Positions 24,192 through 32,190 of a stretch of DNA of 32,190 bases are shown here, in pieces. How positions within the stretch are numbered: position 1 is the stretch's first letter; each line of letters starts with the position of its first letter. The notes beneath the pieces were generated by a model that saw only the letters and a list, made by a program, of their open reading frames with translations, was not told where the DNA came from and made no database searches. The position numbers and the translations under genes are program-made. This DNA comes from Ktedonobacterales bacterium (lineage in GTDB: Bacteria; Chloroflexota; Ktedonobacteria; Ktedonobacterales; JACDGC01): positions 1-32,190 of the forward strand of contig JBBQSR010000002.1 in assembly GCA_038234855.1 (NCBI GenBank), given 5' to 3'.

Positions 24192-25262
24192 ATGAATGAA
24201 CCCACGAACCCCAACTCCGGCGCGTATGCCGCGTCGGGCGTCGAGATCGACGCGCTGAACCGCGCCAAACGGCTGATCGGTGAATCCGTCGCCAGCACGC
24301 GCCGCCCCGAGGTGCTCGCCGACATGGGGGCCTTTGGGGGCCTCTTTGCCCTCAGCCCGCTTGGCATGCGCGATCCCGTGCTCGTGACCTCCATCGATGG
24401 CGTCGGCACGAAGCTGAAGGTCGCCTTCGCGCTGAACCGGCATGGCTCGATCGGCGCGGATCTGGTGGCGCACTGCGTCAACGACATTCTCACCACGGGC
24501 GCGCGTCCGTTGATGTTCCTCGACTATCTGGCGCTGGGCGACCTCGCGCCCGAGACCATCGCGCTGATCGTCGCGGGAGTGGCCGAGGGTTGCGCGGCGG
24601 CGGGCTGCGCGCTCATCGGTGGCGAGACGGCGCAGATGCCTGGCTTTTACCCGACGGGCGAATATGATCTGGCGGGCACCATCATCGGCATTGTGGAGCG
24701 CGACGCCATCGTCACCGGCAAGACCGTTGCGGCGGGCGATGTGGTCATCGGCCTGCCCGCCGTGGGGCTGCACACGAATGGCTATGCGCTGGCACGCCAG
24801 GTCTTCGCGGCGGATGACTGGTCCGCCGTCGTCCCTGAACTGGGGATGAGCCTGGGCGACGCGCTGCTGCTGCCGCATTCGTCCTATCTGGCTCCGGTAC
24901 GACGCGTGCTGGATGACCCGGCGCTGGCGGGGGTCGTGACGGGGATGGCGCACATCACGGGCGGCGGCTTGCTCGAAAACATCCCCCGCGTGCTGCCCGA
25001 TGGCCTGGGGGCCGATCTGGATGCGACGCGCTGGGACGTGCTGCCGCTCTTCCGGCTGATACAGCGGCGCGGCGATGTCGCATGGGACGAGATGGCGCGC
25101 GTCTTTAACCTGGGCATCGGCTATACCCTGCTGGTGCGCCCCGCCCAGGCCAACGCCGTGCTGGACGCGCTGAATGACGGTGGCATGCTGGGCCGCACCA
25201 TCGGCACGGTGGTGGCGCGGGCAGGCGAGCCGCGCGTGCGGGTGGAGGGTTTGCCGCGATGA
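24192..25262 (+). CDS. purM: Phosphoribosylformylglycinamidine cyclo-ligase (AIR synthetase)
   Basis: YAASGVEIDA.N, GAFGGLFAL, LVTSIDGVGTKLKVA, DLVAHCVNDILTTGARPLMFLDY and AHITGGG are canonical PurM motifs. Confidence 0.95.
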   Translation: MNEPTNPNSGAYAASGVEIDALNRAKRLIGESVASTRRPEVLADMGAFGGLFALSPLGMRDPVLVTSIDGVGTKLKVAFALNRHGSIGADLVAHCVNDILTTGARPLMFLDYLALGDLAPETIALIVAGVAEGCAAAGCALIGGETAQMPGFYPTGEYDLAGTIIGIVERDAIVTGKTVAAGDVVIGLPAVGLHTNGYALARQVFAADDWSAVVPELGMSLGDALLLPHSSYLAPVRRVLDDPALAGVVTGMAHITGGGLLENIPRVLPDGLGADLDATRWDVLPLFRLIQRRGDVAWDEMARVFNLGIGYTLLVRPAQANAVLDALNDGGMLGRTIGTVVARAGEPRVRVEGLPR

Positions 25263-25897
25263 CCGACGCGCCACGCATCGGCGTCCTGGTGTCGGGACGC
25301 GGCACCAATCTCGCTGCCTTGATCGACGCCATTCGCGTGGGATCGCTCTTCGCGCGCATCGCGTTGGTGATTTCGAGCAAGGCTGATGTGCCCGCGCTCC
25401 GCATCGCCGGGGAGGCGGGCATCGCCACGCAGGTGATCGCGCCGCGCGCCTTCGCCTCGCGCGCCGAGGAGGGCGCGGCCATCGTGACAGCACTGCGGGC
25501 GGTCGGCGCGGAGGTGGTGGTGACGGCGGGCTACGCGCGCATCTTCGACGCGTGTGTGGTCGAGGCGTTTCGTTGGCGCATCATCAACATCCATCCCTCG
25601 CTGCTGCCAGCCTTCGCGGGCAGCATGGCACCGGGGCCACAGGCGGCGGCGCTGGCCTCGGGCGTCAAATTCACCGGCTGCACCACCCATTTCGTCACGG
25701 AGGCCACTGACGCGGGACCGATCATCGACCAGGCCGTCGTGCCGGTGCACGATGACGACACGGTCGAGACGCTGGCGGATCGCATCTTGGCTGCCGAGCA
25801 TCGCTTGCTGCCCGCCAGCGTCGGTGCCGTGCTGGCCGATCAGGTCATCATCGATGGCCCGCGCACGCGCCGAAAGCTCGCCCATGCGCGCGATTGA
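25259..25897 (+). CDS. purN: Phosphoribosylglycinamide formyltransferase
   Basis: RIGVLVSGRGTNLAALIDA, IINIHPSLLPAFAG and GCTTHFVTEATDAGPIIDQ are canonical PurN motifs. ATGA overlap with the purM stop. Confidence 0.95.
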   Translation: MTDAPRIGVLVSGRGTNLAALIDAIRVGSLFARIALVISSKADVPALRIAGEAGIATQVIAPRAFASRAEEGAAIVTALRAVGAEVVVTAGYARIFDACVVEAFRWRIINIHPSLLPAFAGSMAPGPQAAALASGVKFTGCTTHFVTEATDAGPIIDQAVVPVHDDDTVETLADRILAAEHRLLPASVGAVLADQVIIDGPRTRRKLAHARD

Positions 25898-26126
25898 TGA
25901 CCCGACCGCCGCCTATCTCGAGGTGCTGCGGCTGCTGCGAAGCTGGGGCGCGCTCCCCGAAAGCGACCTCAGCCGCATGACCGCGCACTGGATGCTCACC
26001 ACCAACGACTTCCGCGAGATGGAAGAGCAAGGCTACGTCGACCTCACCTTCGCCGGGGATGAATACGTCGTCGCCATGTCGCTGCTCGGTCGCCTGTGGC
26101 TGGAACGCGAAGAGACGCCGCCCTAG
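25884..26126 (+). CDS. Small hypothetical protein (80 aa) overlapping the purN 3' end by 14 nt
   Basis: ATG 25884. The sequence (MRAIDDPTAAYLEVLRLLRSWGALPESDLSRM...EEQGYVDL...) has normal composition, possibly winged-helix-like. No clear RBS. Confidence 0.35.
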   Translation: MRAIDDPTAAYLEVLRLLRSWGALPESDLSRMTAHWMLTTNDFREMEEQGYVDLTFAGDEYVVAMSLLGRLWLEREETPP

Positions 26127-26185
26127 ATCTTTTTGCGACAAGACCAGAGACGCATCCCTAGCAATCTCATCACCGAGGAGCAGCC

Positions 26186-27304
26186 ATGACCGCCCAGCAG
26201 ACCGATACCACGACGCCGACCACCACGACCGCCCAACTTTTCACCCCCTACCCGATCAAATCGCTCACCTTGCGCAACCGCGTCATGGTGTCGCCAATGT
26301 GCCAATATAGCTCCGTCGATGGCTTCGCCGATGAGTGGCATTTGGTGCACCTGGGCGGCTTCGCGGTCGGCGGGGCGGCGGTCGTCATGACCGAGGCAAC
26401 GGCGGTGGAGGCGCGTGGGCGCATCTCGCCGCAAGACCTGGGCATCTGGGATGACGCGCACATCGCCATGCTGGCGCGCATCACCGCATTCATCCGCGCG
26501 CAGGGGGCGTTGCCCGCGATCCAGTTGGCGCACGCGGGGCGCAAGGCCAGTACGCTGCGTCCGTGGTCGGGGCACGGGGTGGCCGATGTCGCCGCTGGTG
26601 GCTGGCCCGAGGCGGTCATCGGCCCCAGCGCGCTCGCCTTCGCCCCTACCTATCCCATGCCCCAGGCGATGACGCACGCGGACATCGCGGCGGTCATCGC
26701 GTCCTTTCGCCAGGCGGCACGGCGCAGCCTGGCGGCGGGCTTCGAGATCATCGAATTGCACGCCGCGCATGGCTACCTCTTCCATGAATTTTTGTCGCCA
26801 GCGGCGAATCAGCGCGACGATGCATACGGCGGTTCGCTGGCGAATCGTGCGCGTTTCCTGCTGGACGCGGTCGCCGCCGTGCGCGAGGAATGGCCCGCGA
26901 CGCTGCCGATCTTCGTGCGGGTGAGCGCGACGGACTGGCTGCCATCGGGCCAGGGCTTCACGGTGGATGAGTGCGTGCAGGTGGCGGCGTGGCTGCGCGC
27001 GGCGGGCGTGGACCTGGTCGATGTTTCCAGCGGCGGGCTGGACGCACGACAGCAGGTGGAGGTCGGCCCTGGCTATCAGGTGCCCTTCGCCGCGCGGCTG
27101 CGCCACGAGGGCGGCATCCCCGTGGCGGCGGTCGGGATGATCACGGGTTCTGCTCAGGCCGAGGCCATCGTGCGAGACGGTCAGGCCGACCTCATCGCCC
27201 TGGCCCGCGAACTGCTGCGCGCTCCGCATTGGCCGCTGCGGGCGGCGCGCGAACTGGGTGCCGACATCACCTGGCCCGTGCAGTACGAGCGCGCCAAAGC
27301 GTAA
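26186..27304 (+). CDS. namA: NADPH dehydrogenase / Old Yellow Enzyme family flavin oxidoreductase (YqjM/NamA type)
   Basis: LRNRVMVSPMCQYSS.DGF..EWHLVHLG..A.GGAAVVMTEATAV...GRISP.DLGIWDD and IELHAAHGYL.HEFLSP..N.R.D.YGGS are canonical OYE motifs. RBS GAGGAG. Confidence 0.9.
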   Translation: MTAQQTDTTTPTTTTAQLFTPYPIKSLTLRNRVMVSPMCQYSSVDGFADEWHLVHLGGFAVGGAAVVMTEATAVEARGRISPQDLGIWDDAHIAMLARITAFIRAQGALPAIQLAHAGRKASTLRPWSGHGVADVAAGGWPEAVIGPSALAFAPTYPMPQAMTHADIAAVIASFRQAARRSLAAGFEIIELHAAHGYLFHEFLSPAANQRDDAYGGSLANRARFLLDAVAAVREEWPATLPIFVRVSATDWLPSGQGFTVDECVQVAAWLRAAGVDLVDVSSGGLDARQQVEVGPGYQVPFAARLRHEGGIPVAAVGMITGSAQAEAIVRDGQADLIALARELLRAPHWPLRAARELGADITWPVQYERAKA

Positions 27305-27379
27305 ACCACGCCGTCACCGTGGGGGCATCGTGCCCCAGTGGTGGTAAGCAACGATAGACACGTGAAAGGATGCTCCATC

Positions 27380-27778
27380 ATGGATTGGCGACTGGAAGTC
27401 ATCGTCGTCCCCGTCTCGGATGTGGACCGCGCGAAGCATTTTTATAGTGAGCAAGTCGGATTCGTCGTGGACGTGGATCGGACGATGAGCGATACCTTTC
27501 GGGTGGTGCAGATGACCCCGCCCGGCTCCGCATGCTCCGTCACCATCGGCATGTCTACCATGCCACCAGGGTCGATGCAAGGGCTGCAACTGGTCGTCAG
27601 CGACATCGAGGTCGCGCGGGCGGAACTGGTCGCGCGTGGCGTCGATGTCAGCACCATCAAACACTTCGATAACGGCGTCCAGGCCGATGGACCAGGCGGC
27701 GACTGGAACTCCTTCATCTTCTTCAGCGACCCTGACGGCAATAGCTGGGCCGTGCAGCAAGCCCCCAAGCGGGGCTGA
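27380..27778 (+). CDS. VOC (glyoxalase) family protein
   Basis: LEVIVVPVSDVDRAKHFYSEQVGF...LQLVVSDIEVARAELVARGV......FFSDPDGNSWAVQQ. ATG 27380 after AAAGGA. Confidence 0.8.
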   Translation: MDWRLEVIVVPVSDVDRAKHFYSEQVGFVVDVDRTMSDTFRVVQMTPPGSACSVTIGMSTMPPGSMQGLQLVVSDIEVARAELVARGVDVSTIKHFDNGVQADGPGGDWNSFIFFSDPDGNSWAVQQAPKRG

Positions 27779-27980
27779 CGAGCCACCACGCGCGGGCGTT
27801 GGCAGCGCCGCCAAGGTGTGACGGCTCCCCGACCTGGGCGCATGCGTCCATCCTGTCTGTGACCATGAACCTTTTGCCCATCCATTCTCTTTGCCGCGCG
27901 GCGCAAGGGGGAGGGTGGGCATGTTCTTTGTGGCGTTTGTTGCCAGCCAACCAGATAGGGAGCCTCCGCAAAACACGATG

Positions 27981-28008
27981 TTACAAATAGCGCATTCGTG
28001 GATATTAG
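27981..28008 (+). promoter_or_regulatory. Weak candidate promoter (TTACAA-16-TATTAG) upstream of the ECF sigma gene
   Basis: Hexamers at 27981-27986 and 28003-28008 in a lower-GC intergenic region, about 55 nt before the ATG at 28063. Confidence 0.3.
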
Positions 28009-28062
28009 CTTATGGAGCGCGTGCTGTGTCTGCCACCCTGTATGGAATGAGGATGCCGAAAG

Positions 28063-28584
28063 ATGACGGCTCAATCTCAGGCCGAGAGCTTTGAGAGTTT
28101 CTTTCGCCGCTATCAAGCCCAAGTTTCGGGGTACCTGTGGCGAATGACCTGCAATGAGCAAATCGTCCTCGATCTGTGCCAAGAAACGTTTTTCCGTGCA
28201 TGGCAGCATTTTGAGCAGATTCGCACCTATCCGCACCCGGCGTCATGGCTATTTCGCGTCGCCACGAACCTTGCCTTGCAAGACATCCGGCGGCGGTCAT
28301 CACCCGTCGGGGCAGCCACGCCCTTTGCTGATGACGAGCGCGACCCGGCGGCCAGCGACCCTGGTCGACGCGTCGCGGAAAGCGAACTGGTGCGCCAAAC
28401 GCTGTTGGCCCTGCCCCCCAAACAGCGCGCCCTGCTGGTATTGCGCGAGGTGTATGACGTGCCCTTCGAAGAATTAGCGGAAATGATGGAGATGAGTGCA
28501 TCGGCGACCCGCATGGCGCTCTCACGCGCACGCGAACAGTTTCGCCAGATCTATCGCCGAAAGGATGGTGGGAAAGATGCATGA
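28063..28584 (+). CDS. ECF-family RNA polymerase sigma factor
   Basis: Region 2 (FFRRYQAQVSGYLWRMT.N.....DLCQETFFRAW..........SWLFRVATNLALQDIRRR) and region 4 (LPPKQRALLVLREVYDVPFEELAEMMEMSASATRMALSRAREQFR). Confidence 0.9.
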   Translation: MTAQSQAESFESFFRRYQAQVSGYLWRMTCNEQIVLDLCQETFFRAWQHFEQIRTYPHPASWLFRVATNLALQDIRRRSSPVGAATPFADDERDPAASDPGRRVAESELVRQTLLALPPKQRALLVLREVYDVPFEELAEMMEMSASATRMALSRAREQFRQIYRRKDGGKDA

Positions 28585-30100
28585 CCTCGTGCGCCATTGC
28601 ACCCAAAACATGTCCGTCGATGCGCTCTCGGGCTGGCGCGATGACACGTTAGGGCCAGAGGTGGCTGAGCGGGTGGCCACCCATTTGCCGACCTGTCGCG
28701 CGTGCCAGGCCTATCTCCACGAATATGAGCAAGATGCGTTACGGTTGCGGCGTTTCACCCCACCGTCGCTGCAAGCGGAAGCGTGGCAGTTGATCGAAAG
28801 GCGAATGCGGCAACCACCGGCACCGCCTCCCCGCTTACGCGTGATCTTCACGCGGTGGAGCGTGCCGTTTGTCGTCCTGACGCTGATCGTGCTCTTTGCC
28901 CTGCTGCTCAATAATGGCGGGCGGCGACCGAGCCCGGTGACGCAGGTTCCCACCACAACCGTCGCTCATGGCACGCCCAATGGTGCGCCAACGGGTACCC
29001 CAAATGCCCGGCAAGGGTGGACCGACATCCCCGCGCTGAGTTTTGGCAAGTCGGTCGCCTTTGCGGCGAGCGATCCCCAAACGGGGTATGTCTGCGGCAA
29101 TAATCCGGCGGCGGGTGCGACCGCGTCGTTGCAGATCGCGGCGACCCATGATGGCGGACGAACCTGGGGACAGCCGCTCACGAGCGGCATTGCCAACCAG
29201 GCTGCCTGTCGGCTAGCGGTGAATCCCAGCGATCCTCAAGAGGTAGCGATGAATGTCTCGGCATGTTGGGAAGGATGCAGCGGCAGCGGTCAATATGGCC
29301 CAGATCTGTATCGCTCTTTCGATGGCGGGCGGACCTGGCAACCATCGACCTTCCCCACGAGCGGTGGCAATGTGGGGATCAGTGCGCCAGTCTGGGCGAA
29401 AGGCGCGATGTTCGTGTATACGACGACAACGGGCGCGAACTCCGTCGTGCCCTTTCAGCGCGGGGCACACTCGGTCGCGGTCAGCCTCAACAACGGCCCG
29501 CTGGGCTGGGTCAACGATGCCACGATGTTCGCGGGCATGAGCGATCTCTCGGTCGAGATCACGAATGCGTTTACCTACAATGGCGCGTATTTCGTGCAGG
29601 TGAATGGCGCGACCTTCAAGACCACGGATTATGGTGCCACCTGGTCGCGGCTGGCCTCCGTCGACACGATCGTCATCACCGCTGTCGCCGCCGATGGCAG
29701 CACGCTCCTGGGCCAGCATACCGCCGACCACCAATACATCCGTTCGGTCGATGGCGGGGTCAGCTGGACGCCATTCGCTGTGCCACCAAATACCACGCGC
29801 ATCGTCACGACACCGAATGGCACGTACTATGTCTGGCAGGACGATGCGTCCGCGACGACGCCAAAGACCATTTATCGGCAGACCCCCGGCGGTACCACCT
29901 GGACGCCCGTCGCGGTGATCGATCCGTTGCAACGCCCGACCCTGACCTGGGCGGTCGTGTCGTGGGATGCCCATGGTCAACCACAGCACCTGTGGGCGAC
30001 GGAGGCGACGGAGGCGACGAGTGCCGTCTCGGTCGCGTCGTCGCATATTCCCGCGAGTGCGAGTGGCTATCTGCCGGGCATCGCTCAGCACGCGCCCTGA
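28577..30100 (+). CDS. Membrane-spanning anti-sigma factor (zf-HC2) with an extracytoplasmic BNR/Asp-box beta-propeller domain
   Basis: 8-nt overlap with the sigma gene stop (ATGCATGA). HLPTCRAC zinc-finger motif, one TM segment (VPFVVLTLIVLFALLL), then four Asp-boxes (THDGGRTW, SFDGGRTW, TTDYGATW, SVDGGVSW). Alternative ATG at 28565. Confidence 0.75.
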   Translation: MHDLVRHCTQNMSVDALSGWRDDTLGPEVAERVATHLPTCRACQAYLHEYEQDALRLRRFTPPSLQAEAWQLIERRMRQPPAPPPRLRVIFTRWSVPFVVLTLIVLFALLLNNGGRRPSPVTQVPTTTVAHGTPNGAPTGTPNARQGWTDIPALSFGKSVAFAASDPQTGYVCGNNPAAGATASLQIAATHDGGRTWGQPLTSGIANQAACRLAVNPSDPQEVAMNVSACWEGCSGSGQYGPDLYRSFDGGRTWQPSTFPTSGGNVGISAPVWAKGAMFVYTTTTGANSVVPFQRGAHSVAVSLNNGPLGWVNDATMFAGMSDLSVEITNAFTYNGAYFVQVNGATFKTTDYGATWSRLASVDTIVITAVAADGSTLLGQHTADHQYIRSVDGGVSWTPFAVPPNTTRIVTTPNGTYYVWQDDASATTPKTIYRQTPGGTTWTPVAVIDPLQRPTLTWAVVSWDAHGQPQHLWATEATEATSAVSVASSHIPASASGYLPGIAQHAP

Positions 30101-30197
30101 TCCAGGGCATGCCAGGTAAGGATACATCCCGTTATCATCATCGTCTTGGTCGCTTCCACACGACCCAGATATCCACACCAGAAAGTGACAGTGCAAG

Positions 30198-31577
30198 ATG
30201 GTCAATGATCCCTTTGGTCTGCGCCGCAAGCTGCGGCATCTCTCCGCCATCGCGTTGACCCTGGTGGGTGCGCTCATCATCAGTGGATGCAACCGTGCCA
30301 GTACGGCGGTCGGTTCGACGGCGACACCGACACCGACGGCGACGTTTGCGCCGACATTGCCCCCCAACAGCCAGGTGGTATACACACTCATCCCCAACAG
30401 CCAGGCTTCACCGACGAATCCAGCATTCTATCTGTTGAATGCTTACGATGGCGCGAATGGACACCTGCGCTTTTCGCACGCGGTAACGGGGGCCATTGGC
30501 AACCTCGTTGCCATGCAGCATTTCCTGGTGATTCCGGCGCTCTTAGCCTCCGTTGACCCCAAGACGAAGGCCTCTGGTTTCTTCCTGCTGAGCTACGATG
30601 CCAGCGGCAACCAGGTGCGGCAGATCCCCCTCGGCGCGTTTGTGCCACCACAACTCTTGGCGGCGAATGACACCCTTTACGTGGCGAGCCTCTCGCAAGG
30701 TGTCGATATCACGGCACAGTTCAGCGCCTTTGATGCCGCCACAGGAGCGCGGCTCTGGCAGAAGCCGATTGCCAACGCGACGGGGCTAGAGACCTTCACC
30801 ATTGTCGGCCAGGAACTCGTTGGCAATGTGCACACGCAAACAGGTTCCTTGCTCACGGCTATCGACCGAGCGAGTGGCGCACAGATCTGGCAGGCGACCA
30901 CCAATAGCAGCGACAACACCAATGTCGTCGCTGGCGGCGATGTGGTCTATGCCGTTCAATACGCTCCCTCGTCGAATCCCACGCAAAAAGTGAGTCACGC
31001 GCTCGTCGCCCTCGCCGCCACGACTGGCACGCCACGCTGGAGCAAGCTCTTCACCCCTGGTGCCGCACCAGGCGCGGCTACCCAGGTGCAGATCATCGCC
31101 GCTGACCAGCGGGCGGTCTATTGCGAGATCAGCAGCGGCACGAGTGGCACGAACACGACGACGATGCTCACCGCCTTCGCCGCCAGCGATGGGCATCAGC
31201 TTTGGGGCGTCACAGAGACGGCATCGCTGGGCATCAGCGGCAATGGCCTGGCAGCGCCAGTCACGCAAGGCACCCTCTATGGCACGGCACTCGGCCAAGC
31301 GGCTAGCTCCATCGGGACGACACCGCTCTATGTGTTGCTGGCGGTGAATGTGCTGACTGGCGCGACGCGCTGGCACACCCCGCTCGCCACCGCCCCTACG
31401 ACCCCACTCATCGGCGCGGGCACACGGCTCTTTGTCGCGCTGGCCGGGCCACCATCAACGAGCGCCGCGAGTGGTCAAGGGAATGCGACCATCGCGGCGT
31501 TCGATGCTGCCACGGGGTCACCCCTCTGGCAGGTGCCAGCGCCTATCTCATCGCTCAACCAACTGGTGACATTGTAG
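30198..31577 (+). CDS. Lipoprotein with PQQ-like (BamB-type) beta-propeller repeats
   Basis: Lipobox LVGALIISGC. Recurrent blade motif (ATGARLWQ, ASGAQIWQ, TTGTPRWS, SDGHQLWG, LTGATRWH, ATGSPLWQ) typical of PQQ-like repeats. Confidence 0.75.
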   Translation: MVNDPFGLRRKLRHLSAIALTLVGALIISGCNRASTAVGSTATPTPTATFAPTLPPNSQVVYTLIPNSQASPTNPAFYLLNAYDGANGHLRFSHAVTGAIGNLVAMQHFLVIPALLASVDPKTKASGFFLLSYDASGNQVRQIPLGAFVPPQLLAANDTLYVASLSQGVDITAQFSAFDAATGARLWQKPIANATGLETFTIVGQELVGNVHTQTGSLLTAIDRASGAQIWQATTNSSDNTNVVAGGDVVYAVQYAPSSNPTQKVSHALVALAATTGTPRWSKLFTPGAAPGAATQVQIIAADQRAVYCEISSGTSGTNTTTMLTAFAASDGHQLWGVTETASLGISGNGLAAPVTQGTLYGTALGQAASSIGTTPLYVLLAVNVLTGATRWHTPLATAPTTPLIGAGTRLFVALAGPPSTSAASGQGNATIAAFDAATGSPLWQVPAPISSLNQLVTL

Positions 31578-31583
31578 CCCGTG

Positions 31584-32190
31584 CTAGATGGGCAAAATCT
31601 GGGGCAGGCGCAGGGCCAGCCGCCAGTCGCCATTGATGCGCAGACGGCGGTTCAGCACGGCGCGCTGCTGGTTGAGCCGCCCGCCCGCGACGCGAAACCA
31701 ATCCGCTGCCGTGCAGCGCAGGGTGAGGGTCGGCTCGTCGGCCAGGCCATCCGCGACATAGGGGCGGCCCGACTCGCCCAGGACGAGATAGCGCGGCTCC
31801 GCGCCCTCAAAGATCCACTGGATCGTCGCTTGCACGCCGCCCTGCTTGGGGTACGTCCAGCGTGCGATATCTTGCATGCTGGCAAAGATCGCGGCCATGC
31901 CGACCTCGCTGACGTGTGGCTCGCTCAGCGTGCCGATGACGCCGCCCTCCACCAGGGCGATGGCTCGTGCTGCCTGCGTGGTGGGCAACGTGGTGATGCC
32001 TAGCTTCACGAAGCCCAGCACCTCGCCCGGCTCGATGCCCGCGCGCCGCAGCTTCGTCTCGACGGAGCGCAACCCAAAGGCGAAGACCTCTTGCGGGGTG
32101 TAGCCCAGGTCGTTCAGGTAGTCCCATTGCAAGTTGGGCGGGGTGAAGGTGCCGGCTGCCCAGGGCAGCACGCGATTCAGCATCTCGATG
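31584..32190 (-). CDS. SCP2 sterol-binding-fold domain protein (C-terminal part; the ORF may continue beyond the window edge)
   Basis: C-terminus TLTLRCTAADWFRVAGGRLNQQRAVLNRRLRINGDWRLALRLPQIL resembles SCP2-type domains, as found at the end of Eis-like acetyltransferases or alkyl-sulfatases. The frame stays open upstream of ATG 32183 to the window end. Confidence 0.45.
   Translation of the reverse strand, partial: IEMLNRVLPWAAGTFTPPNLQWDYLNDLGYTPQEVFAFGLRSVETKLRRAGIEPGEVLGFVKLGITTLPTTQAARAIALVEGGVIGTLSEPHVSEVGMAAIFASMQDIARWTYPKQGGVQATIQWIFEGAEPRYLVLGESGRPYVADGLADEPTLTLRCTAADWFRVAGGRLNQQRAVLNRRLRINGDWRLALRLPQILPI

Noticed and set aside
24048-27229. Long minus-strand ORFs (24048..25493, 25121..25885, 26123..27229) opposite purM, purN and the OYE gene
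   Set aside because: They are antisense to genes with canonical motifs, have Arg-rich low-complexity translations and lack RBS/start context.
27866-27890. ECF-type promoter candidate (TGAACC ... ) upstream of the ECF sigma gene
   Set aside because: There is no convincing -10 (CGT-like) element at the right spacing, and it lies about 190 nt from the start codon.
29213-30397. ORFs 29213..30397 (-) and 29263..30258 (+) overlapping the anti-sigma/BNR gene
   Set aside because: They have Arg/Gly/Asp-rich artefact translations. The 28577..30100 frame carries Asp-box repeats and a zf-HC2 motif.
1-32190. Scan for CRISPR arrays, tRNA/rRNA genes, IS elements/transposases, integrases and long direct or inverted repeats
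   Set aside because: I saw no periodic repeat-spacer structure, no tRNA-like T-arm/acceptor patterns in the intergenic regions, and no transposase or integrase-like translations in any frame. This was a visual inspection only, so short or degenerate elements could be missed.

Overview
High-GC bacterial chromosomal segment; hand-counted 60-nt lines in typical genes are about 60-75% GC. Gene content (F420-type PPOX, several sigma/anti-sigma pairs, membrane-anchored cyclophilin, many secreted beta-propeller proteins) fits Chloroflexota or Actinomycetota, but that placement is inference only. I support about 32 protein-coding genes. Housekeeping genes are uvrC, purM-purN, a cyclophilin PPIase, an OYE flavin reductase, an APC permease with a divergent Lrp/AsnC regulator, and an ArsR-MFS pair. 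Accessory content includes two sigma/anti-sigma modules, five beta-propeller proteins (Vgb-like, sialidase-like, two BNR/Asp-box, one PQQ-like), two VOC/glyoxalase genes, a tandem YbjQ protein, a glucosaminidase, a GH18-like protein and an alkyltransferase-like (ATL) MGMT homolog lacking the catalytic Cys. I saw no rRNA, tRNA, CRISPR array, transposase or integrase. The stand-out is a roughly 2-kb low-GC island (about 21780-23800, 35-45% GC against about 75% in the flanks). It has its own consensus sigma70 promoter and two abutting genes (TAA directly followed by ATG): a 226-aa protein with no domain I recognise, then an XRE-HTH / ImmA-IrrE (M78, HEXXH) metallopeptidase fusion. I read this as a horizontally acquired toxin-antitoxin-like or defence-type module with an uncharacterised partner. 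Other points worth checking: a gene split at a C8 homopolymer, a 1-nt-spaced BNR-propeller / MoaD-ThiS-like (C-terminal GG) pair, an ECF sigma / BNR-propeller anti-sigma / PQQ-propeller lipoprotein cluster, and a TM-less anti-sigma with two HxxxCxxC motifs. Many long ORFs in the six-frame track are antisense or off-frame artefacts of high GC and were rejected.
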